A DNA stretch of 64,000 nucleotides from an uncultured bacterium (lineage in GTDB: Bacteria > Caldisericota > Caldisericia > JAAYUI01). The stretch covers positions 28,990 to 92,989 of the forward strand of contig CBDUSO010000002.1 of assembly GCA_965370295.1 (NCBI GenBank), in the 5' to 3' direction. The notes below the pieces were generated by a model that saw only the letters and a list, made by a program, of their open reading frames with translations, searched no databases and was not told the origin of the DNA. Below are positions 1-7,700 of the stretch, in pieces (position 1 is the stretch's first letter; each line of letters begins with the position of its first letter). The position numbers and the translations under genes are program-made.

Positions 1-480
1 ACGGCCGGCTTCCACAACATCACCGGTTCCTGCGTCACCCTTGGTTCGAATCATTGCCGCACCCTCTGCAAGTCTTCTCAAAGCCTCGCCAAGATTTCTG
101 CAACCACAAACGAACGGAACTTTGCAAGCCCATTTGTCTATGTGGTATTCTTCATCAGCAGGTGTCAAGACTTCGGATTCATCAATGTAGTCAACACCGA
201 TTGATTCAAGAATTCTTGCCTCAAGTGTATGGCCAATTCTGCACTTTGCCATGACTGGGATACTGACAGATTCCATAATCTTTAGCACCATGTCTGGGTC
301 AGACATTCTGGCTACTCCACCATCTCTCCTGATGTCAGCCGGTACTCTCTCAAGAGCCATGACTGCAACCGCTCCTGCATCTTCAGCAATCTTTGCCTGC
401 TCGGAGTTGACAACATCCATTATCACTCCGCCCTTCAACATGTCAGCAAGCCCTCTCTTCACGCGATATTCATTATCCAT
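1..480 (-). CDS. pdxS: Pyridoxal 5'-phosphate synthase lyase subunit PdxS (3' end runs off the window; not in ORF track)
   Basis: Manual minus-strand translation from ATG 480, with SD GAAGGAGG upstream: [51 protein letters not shown]...[10 protein letters not shown]...[13 protein letters not shown]...[32 protein letters not shown], all hallmark PdxS/SNZ motifs. Confidence 0.97.
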   Translation of the reverse strand, partial: MDNEYRVKRGLADMLKGGVIMDVVNSEQAKIAEDAGAVAVMALERVPADIRRDGGVARMSDPDMVLKIMESVSIPVMAKCRIGHTLEARILESIGVDYIDESEVLTPADEEYHIDKWACKVPFVCGCRNLGEALRRLAEGAAMIRTKGDAGTGDVVEAGR

Positions 481-636
481 GGGTTACCTCCTTCAAGGTT
501 TTTATATTTTTTCCGTTCATCCTCATCTGAATGAATGCAAGAATATTGTATTACTCCATGAATCCAATTCAATACCAATTTTATTTCATCTGTCAAAAGA
601 TGAGAAATTTCAATTTCATGAATTGAGTTGTTTTTA

Positions 637-645
637 TGCTATAAT
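637..645 (+). promoter_or_regulatory. Extended -10 promoter (TGcTATAAT) upstream of the Fic gene
   Basis: TG-N-TATAAT at 637-645, followed by SD AAGGAGG at ~660 and ATG 672. Confidence 0.6.
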
Positions 646-671
646 GAACCTGATTTATAAAGGAGGATAAG

Positions 672-2135
672 ATGGAATGGAGACCGATTGAGGGTTTACC
701 TGAGAACTGGAGAGAACTTGCTGATCCAGAGCTGGGCAAGCTGTTAAAAACATGGAGAATTCGTAGGGAACAGATAAAAAACTCAAAAGAGTACGGAACT
801 TTTGAGGAGAGATTGAAACGATCCTGGTCAATCGAAACAGGCATTATTGAGGGTTTGTACTACATTTCAAGAAGTTTCACAAAAACAATGATCGAGGTAG
901 GATTACATGTTGAATACTCTTCTCATGGCGATTTGAACAGACCCAAAAATGAGGTTGCAAGCATTGTTAATGATCATTTCGAAACACTCCAAAGTCTCTA
1001 TCGGTACGCTGGAAATTCTGAACATCTTTCAACTAATCTAATCAAAGATACTCACAAGCTTATCACCAGATCTCAAAAATGGGTGGAACCAATCCCAAAT
1101 ATCGATGGCAATCCAATACTTATTGATCTGAAAAAAGGGGAATGGAAAAGTATCCAAAATAGCCCCAGTCAAGGGATTACGTACTGCCCACCTGAACACA
1201 ATATCATTGAAAAAGAGATGCAGAAACTTGTAAAACTTCATTTTGAGCATATCGCAAAAGGGGTTCCCATTGAGGTTCAATCCGCCTGGTTGCATCATAG
1301 GTTCACACAAATTCATCCTTTCCAAGACGGAAATGGGAGAACAGCCAGAGCTCTTGCCAGCTTAATTTTTATCCGTGGTTATCTGTTCCCATTAATTATT
1401 GATAGAGATGAAAGAGATCAATATATCGAAGCATTGGAGGATGCTGACAGAGGAAACCTGAAACCTCTTGTTAAAATATTTTCCAAATTTCAAAAAAGAG
1501 AGCTTGAAAAGGCATTTGGTTTTGCCGGTGACTCAAGAAAAGTAAGCATTATTGGCTATATCGAAGATCTTGCAGAGAAGCAACGAGTAAAATCTATTGA
1601 AGCTAAATACAAAAACGTAGAGGTCATCTCCGAAATCCTTGAAGATATTGTTTACGAAAATTTTACTGGATTATCCATGGAAATGGGAAGCAGATTTGAA
1701 GACTGGACAGCGGATGTTGACAGAAGCGATAAAACTCAAAGTAATCATGATTGGTACAAAGCACAAATATTTGAAACCGCAAACAAAAATAATTTGAGGT
1801 ATTATGTCAATTTTGAAAACTATCAAAAATGGTTGAGATTGAGAGTGAGGACAGAGGGGAAGAAATTGGGAAGAAATGCGGAGCTTGTGGTTTCTTTCCA
1901 CGGATTTGGATATGAGTTTGCAGGGATTATTGCAGTTTCTGCTTTTGTCGGTTACAGGAATTATTTTGAAATGGATGGGTTCAAAAACAATGAATATGAA
2001 GGTCCAAATCCAGCATGTAATGAAATTTTCAAAATATTCCATGAAGACGATGTAGATGACACAAAAAAACGTTTCAAAGACTGGCTTGAGGAAGTAATTC
2101 AGATAGCTCTCATCGATTGGAACAAATCACTCTAG
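672..2135 (+). CDS. Fic family protein with C-terminal extension of unknown function
   Basis: Canonical Fic motif HPFQDGNGRTAR; N-terminal TGIIEG fits the (S/T)xxxE(G/N) auto-inhibitory motif; strong SD. Confidence 0.92.
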   Translation: MEWRPIEGLPENWRELADPELGKLLKTWRIRREQIKNSKEYGTFEERLKRSWSIETGIIEGLYYISRSFTKTMIEVGLHVEYSSHGDLNRPKNEVASIVNDHFETLQSLYRYAGNSEHLSTNLIKDTHKLITRSQKWVEPIPNIDGNPILIDLKKGEWKSIQNSPSQGITYCPPEHNIIEKEMQKLVKLHFEHIAKGVPIEVQSAWLHHRFTQIHPFQDGNGRTARALASLIFIRGYLFPLIIDRDERDQYIEALEDADRGNLKPLVKIFSKFQKRELEKAFGFAGDSRKVSIIGYIEDLAEKQRVKSIEAKYKNVEVISEILEDIVYENFTGLSMEMGSRFEDWTADVDRSDKTQSNHDWYKAQIFETANKNNLRYYVNFENYQKWLRLRVRTEGKKLGRNAELVVSFHGFGYEFAGIIAVSAFVGYRNYFEMDGFKNNEYEGPNPACNEIFKIFHEDDVDDTKKRFKDWLEEVIQIALIDWNKSL

Positions 2136-2186
2136 GGTTATCAAGTTCTCCTTGAGGTATAAATAAGCTCTGGTAGAATTTATCAG

Positions 2187-3122
2187 ATGGAAACTATTGT
2201 AATTGCAGTTGGTGGAAATTCTCTTCTCTTGCCTGGGTCGCCCATGTCGGTTGAAAACCAGAGAGCTGCTGTCTGGGAGACGGCCTTTCATCTCTCTGCC
2301 CTTGCTGTTTCTGGCTACAGATTGGTTGTAACCCACGGCAACGGACCACAGGTTGGTCAAATAATGCGTCGGTCAGAACTTGCAAAATCTGAAGTGCCTG
2401 AGACCATTCTAGATTATGCGGTAGCAGAAACTCAGGGTGGAATCGGTTATCAAATTCAACAGGCTCTCTCTGAAGAACTTACAAAACGTGGAAAAACTTT
2501 CCCTGTTGCATCCATAGTTACTCAGGTTGAAGTCTCCTCAAAAGACCCCGGATTCAAAGACCCAAGCAAACCAATCGGTAGTTTTATGGATGAAAAAACT
2601 GCGAAGGATAGAGAACTGAAACTTGGCTGGAAGGTGGTAGAAGACTCTGGTCGTGGCTGGAGAAGAGTGGTTGCATCCCCCTGGCCAAACAAAATCGTCG
2701 AGAGTGAAACGATAAAATTACTCGTTTCAGCAGGGACAATCGTGATTGCATGTGGTGGCGGGGGAGTTCCTGTAATCAGAGGCGAAGAGGGGCTTTCTGG
2801 CATTGAAGCGGTTATCGATAAAGACCGTGCATCTTCAGTTTTGGCTGGAGAACTCTCTGCTGAAATTCTTCTCATCTCAACCGCTGTCCCAAAGGTTTGT
2901 CTGAATTTTGGAAAACCAAACCAGATTTCACTTGATAAAGTCACGCTTCCTGAGATAAAAAAATATCTTTCAGAGGGTCATTTTGCAAAGGGTTCCATGC
3001 TTCCAAAAATTGAAGCCTGCATTCATTTCCTGGAAAATGGAGGACAAAGAGCCATCATCACAGACCCAAACCACATCAACAAAGCACTGGAAGGAAAATC
3101 AGGGACGGTAATCACGAAGTGA
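2187..3122 (+). CDS. arcC: Carbamate kinase
   Basis: IAVGGNSL, VVTHGNGPQVG, PSKPIGSF, GRGWRRVVASP, CGGGGVPV, EAVIDKD, GSMLPKIEA. Confidence 0.95.
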   Translation: METIVIAVGGNSLLLPGSPMSVENQRAAVWETAFHLSALAVSGYRLVVTHGNGPQVGQIMRRSELAKSEVPETILDYAVAETQGGIGYQIQQALSEELTKRGKTFPVASIVTQVEVSSKDPGFKDPSKPIGSFMDEKTAKDRELKLGWKVVEDSGRGWRRVVASPWPNKIVESETIKLLVSAGTIVIACGGGGVPVIRGEEGLSGIEAVIDKDRASSVLAGELSAEILLISTAVPKVCLNFGKPNQISLDKVTLPEIKKYLSEGHFAKGSMLPKIEACIHFLENGGQRAIITDPNHINKALEGKSGTVITK

Positions 3123-4378
3123 TAAGGCATCTCGTCGTTTCAATCGATGGACCGGTTGCCTCTGGTAAAACAACTGTTGGTTCAGCTGTTGCCAAAAAAC
3201 TCAAAATAAGATTCCTGGATTCTGGACGATTGTATCGAGTTGTGGCACTTTACACATTGAACAGAGATGAGAAGCTCGAAGAACACCTAAAAAATATTGA
3301 TTTTGAATTGAAGGGTGAAAGATTTTTTTTAAGTGGAAAGGATATTACAAAAAACCTTGACGCAAGCGAGGTTGGTGAGAGGGCATCAGTTCTTTCAAAA
3401 CAACCAATCTTGAGGAGTTGGGTAGACAAGACCATCAAAAAAATGGCGATTGATAATTCAATCGTGGTTGCCGGTCGTGACATCGGAACCGTTGTTCTCC
3501 CCTCTGCTCACGTCAAAATATTCCTGACTGCAAACCCTAAGATCAGGGCTCACAGACGTTTTCTTGATGAAAAAGGGAGATTATCTGAAGAAAAAATCCT
3601 GACCGCTTTGAAAATTCGTGATGAGCGAGATTCAACCAGAGAGGTTGCCCCCCTCAAACCAGCAGAAACTGCGACCATCATTGATTCTTCCGAGATGTCA
3701 AAAAAACAGGTTATCCAAAAGATTCTGAATTTGTCCAAAAAATATCTGAAATCTATAATCATCTCAAAGTGGTGGAGGTTTTCATATTTTGTTTCAAGAA
3801 CCCTCTCAAGATGGTTGTTCAAGATTGAGATTCATGGCAGGGGAAATATTCCCGCAACCGGTACTGTTGTCGTGATTGCCAACCATGTATCACTGCTTGA
3901 TGTTTTTTTTGTCGGGCAATCCCTCCCTCGAATGGGAAGCTTCATCGGAAAAGAGGAACTCTTCAAAATTCCCGTAATTGCCGCTTGTGTGAGGGGTTTT
4001 GGTGCAATCCCTGTGAAGCGTGGGGGAGTTGGAAAAGAGATGGTGAAGGCGGTCTATTCTGTGTTAAAACGTGAAGGACTGCTCACAATATTCCCTGAAG
4101 GCACACGCTCAAAAACTGGGAAGTTGACCGGGGAATATCACTCCGGTGCAATTCAGTTTGCACATAAAACTGATGCTATCCTTATTCCTGTCGGAATAGT
4201 TGGCGGGTTTGATGTTCTTCCACTGGGTGCAAAGTTGCCCAGGAGGAGGAAGATAATTGTAAATATTGGTGAACCATTTGAATGGGACAGAACTGAGAAG
4301 AAACCATCCAAAGAATTTTATGACGATGTTGTAAAAAAAGCTATGCAAAAAATTGCAGGTCTTTCAAATCAGAAATAA
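3119..4378 (+). CDS. cmk: Cytidylate kinase fused to 1-acyl-sn-glycerol-3-phosphate acyltransferase (Cmk-PlsC)
   Basis: N-half: IDGPVASGKTT, DSGRLYR, GRDIGTVVLP, RDERDSTREVAPL. C-half: NHVSLLD, FIGKEELF, FPEGTRS. One continuous frame; GTGA overlap with the arcC stop. Confidence 0.9.
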   Translation: MIRHLVVSIDGPVASGKTTVGSAVAKKLKIRFLDSGRLYRVVALYTLNRDEKLEEHLKNIDFELKGERFFLSGKDITKNLDASEVGERASVLSKQPILRSWVDKTIKKMAIDNSIVVAGRDIGTVVLPSAHVKIFLTANPKIRAHRRFLDEKGRLSEEKILTALKIRDERDSTREVAPLKPAETATIIDSSEMSKKQVIQKILNLSKKYLKSIIISKWWRFSYFVSRTLSRWLFKIEIHGRGNIPATGTVVVIANHVSLLDVFFVGQSLPRMGSFIGKEELFKIPVIAACVRGFGAIPVKRGGVGKEMVKAVYSVLKREGLLTIFPEGTRSKTGKLTGEYHSGAIQFAHKTDAILIPVGIVGGFDVLPLGAKLPRRRKIIVNIGEPFEWDRTEKKPSKEFYDDVVKKAMQKIAGLSNQK

Positions 4379-4416
4379 CGCAGAGCGGTCCGGAATGATG
4401 GAAAAGAATACCCACT

Positions 4417-4573
4417 CGTCATTTAGGAACTTGACTTAAGAATCTGGGAATTAGAAAGTCATATTTCAAAACAAAAAAACAAGCATTATCTCACCAGGCA
4501 AAATTGTTGTTTTTCACAGATGTTCACACGCTTTGACAGTACCCTGGATTCCGTGTCGGAGCACGGAATGACG
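4417..4573 (-). repeat. ~155-bp palindromic element (family A): GTCATT/GGAATGAC hairpin doublet with conserved spacer
   Basis: Starts CGTCATTTAGGAACTTGACTTAAGAATCT (identical to 62842-62870) and ends CCCTGGATTCCGTGTCGGAGCACGGAATGACG; spacer aligns by eye to the reverse complement of 44205-44357. Confidence 0.85.
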
Positions 4574-4594
4574 AAGGGGATGGTAGCACACGGC

Positions 4595-4622
4595 GTAAGG
4601 GTTAGCCATGGCTAACCCTTAC
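4595..4622. repeat. Perfect 28-bp palindrome, GTAG-type REP-like (family B variant)
   Basis: GTAAGGGTTAGCCATGGCTAACCCTTAC is its own reverse complement. Confidence 0.75.
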
Positions 4623-4667
4623 ATCCACTAAAAAAGGAGGGACAAGACAACGTTCCTCCTAATAATC

Positions 4668-4703
4668 AAAAACCCCCGACTCATCCAAAATCGGGGGTTT
4701 TTT
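4668..4703. terminator. Bidirectional rho-independent terminator between convergent cmk-plsC and giant surface-protein genes
   Basis: AAAAACCCCCGA-N11-TCGGGGGTTTTTT, a GC stem flanked by A and T runs. Confidence 0.8.
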
Positions 4704-4736
4704 CTATACCTGCTTCAAACTAAAAAGGCTATTTAT

Positions 4737-7700
4737 TTATGGTAGGTATCTAAATGTTGCATCACGAGTGGAGGCGTTGAAATCAACTGAATTTTCACCA
4801 GTTGCAGGAATTGCTTTACCAACTACCGCTTCAATGAACTCACGCATTGGAACCATGGTTCTTCCATAATTCTGTGGATTTGATTTGGTGGATGCTTGAC
4901 CAATATATGGTGGATTTTCGAGTACAAAATCATCAACTACCCTTGTTCCATCTTTTGATGTTCTTGTGATTCTAAAGTCCCTTTGTCCAATAAACGCTAC
5001 AAGCTCATCAATATCACCATTTGATCTAGGTATTGTTATTGTGACACTTTCAACCTTACCTGTGCTTGGGCTGGTTGTATAACCAACATTGCCCTTAAAG
5101 AGTTTTTCACCGAGGTCTCTAAATCCAACATATGTTCTTCCCTGATAAATCTCTGGAACAGTATTCAATTTCACATTTTGTGTTCTACCATCATCTGTGA
5201 CCAATGCATAAGGCTGAGTTGTATCGATGTTTACAACCATCTCAACAATTGATGAACCATAAGCAACGATCGTTTCTGTCTTTTCATTGCCATTAACATC
5301 TTTTGCTTTAATGGTGAACTGGTTTGCACCCTTGTTTACGTTGACAGTTGCGACCCAGTTACCCTGTCCATCTGGCGTGGCAGGAATTCCGTTTACAGTA
5401 ACAGATGCGACACCCTCTGAGTCGGATACCTTCACCTTGATTTGACCGGTTCCAACAAGTGCAGTTTCACCATCTTTAATTCCAGAATCTGGGGCTGGGG
5501 TTACAACTGGTGGGATTGAATCTGAAGCTCCAATAATGATTTGAGCAGTTGCTGAGAGTCCGGCGGCTTCAACCATCACAACACCTGTCTGACCTGTCAT
5601 TCCGGTTGCTGTAAATAACGCGGATGAACCGGCAACTGATGGACCGAGCGTTCCAATTGAGCCAGGACTGAGCGTCCATTTAAAGTCCATTCCTGGAATT
5701 GCAGCACCAGCGGTATTGTATGCTGCGGCTGTAAAGTGTTGCGTCTGTCCTGTCTGCACTTTCACAGTTCCGGATGGGTTGAGTTCAATTCTTGCAATCT
5801 CGACAACATTTACAATTGCCATTCCCGTTACTGTTCCAGATTGTACAATTATAACCGCCACTCCCGGGCTGGATGCAATAAACAATCCATTTGAACTGAG
5901 CGTTCCCATTGAAGGAGGATTAACAGTCCAAGTAAAGTTTGCACCACTTACCTCAAACCCATTCTCGTCAATTGCTCTTGCCACAAACTGCTGTGTTTGA
6001 CCAATTTTCATGGTTACTTTTTCTGGTGTAACTTTCACTAACTTGATATTCCCAGCAGATTGGATGGTTATCATTGCTGTTCCACAAACACCGGCAGAAC
6101 ATGCTTTTACAGTTCCCGTTCCTGCAATATTTCCAGCTGTAAATGTTCCATCTGGAGCAAATACTCCAAGACCAGCGGGTTCAATTGACCAGTTGATTGG
6201 AATATTCATCGGGTTTCCCATGTTGTCATATGGCTGTGCTGTGAATAATTTCTGGGAACCGGTTGCAACTATTGCAGAAGGTGGATTGACGGTGATTCTT
6301 GATGGTCTTGAGACTATCGAAACAGTTGTACTTCCTTCTCTGCCGTGGGCTCTTGCATACACATGACATGTGAGACCTGCGTCAAGAGGTGCTGTGTAAA
6401 CGCCGGCTTGTGTAATGTTTCCACAGTCAGATGCCCAAGTAAACTCTACTCCTGGAATCTGGGCTCCGTTTGCCTTGAATGCTTTTGCGGTAAACTGTTG
6501 CTGGGTTCCTGGTGAAAGAGCGAGTGTTGGCCCAGGAGTTACAACAATTCTGTCAACCATGACTGGAGGACCGGTGTTGATGTTTACACATCTGCAAACC
6601 GATGGGTCATCCTGGAGATAAACTTTCACTCTTGTGACACCAGGTGTTGCTGACATATTCAAGACTACTGACGCAAGACCCTGGTCGTTTGTTTGGACAA
6701 GGTTTGCCGAGCTGAATGTTGATGGTGGGTTGACGGTATCATCAATCTGGAATCTGATATACACACCAGGAATCCCGTTCGAGCCATCTGTGAGCAAGAC
6801 AGCAAGTGACATTACCTGACCTGATGTTCCTGCTGCGTCTTTGCAATCGCAAGGTGGATCAGTTTCGAGCTGTGGTGGAACTGATGGTGAAATGATTTTC
6901 AGTTTCATGTTTGCACTGGTGGTGTCAGCGGTTATTTCATAAGGCTCCGACATGATTGGGGTCTGTTCCTGAGAGGTTGAAACCCAGAGCTGGTAACTTC
7001 CAGACCTCTGTGGATTTCTTACGGCACCCTTGTCATACACGTTGAACTGTCTTCCCGGTCTGTTGAGAGTCATTACGACATCAGGAGTATTCTGGTCATT
7101 ATCAGGGTCAACAAATATATCCACTGGGGTTGTAAAAATAAGTTGGTGTCCATTTGGTCCATTTGTAATCTTTATCTGTGGTGAGGATTTGAGTGCAACT
7201 GCTTTGCTTATTGTGTAAGACTCTGGAAGAACTGGTGCCTGACATCTCGCCGAGTTGACTCCTGATGAAACTGCTTCAACAAGTGATTCACCCATAACTT
7301 CTTCATATGAATCATAGTCGGCTGTAATGATGTCGCCGGATTTTATGACATGTGAAGAGAATTTGATCTCACCGGTTTCAAAGTTGACAGTATAGTCAGA
7401 ACCAGGTCTCAGTAAGTATGGATTTTTTGGATCAATTGTTGGTGCTCTCCAAATTCTGAAGCAATAATGAAGTGGGTCAATCTTTGGGTCAACAGCTGGA
7501 GTGTGAAGAAGTTTTCCTGTTCCATGCTGGACATCGATATAAACATTTTCATCCTTGTGTCCAACTGTCAGACATGGGTCACCACTTGGACCAGCTTGAG
7601 ACTTGCCATCTGCATAACGATAGTTTGCAAGTGCAATCTCGTATGGTTTTAAATCTCTTCTAAATGAGATCATTCCAGTATCAAGATTTATCTCATAATC

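Noticed and set aside
54-670. Plus-strand ORFs 54-254 and 251-670
   Set aside because: Antisense shadows of pdxS, which the track missed because it is truncated
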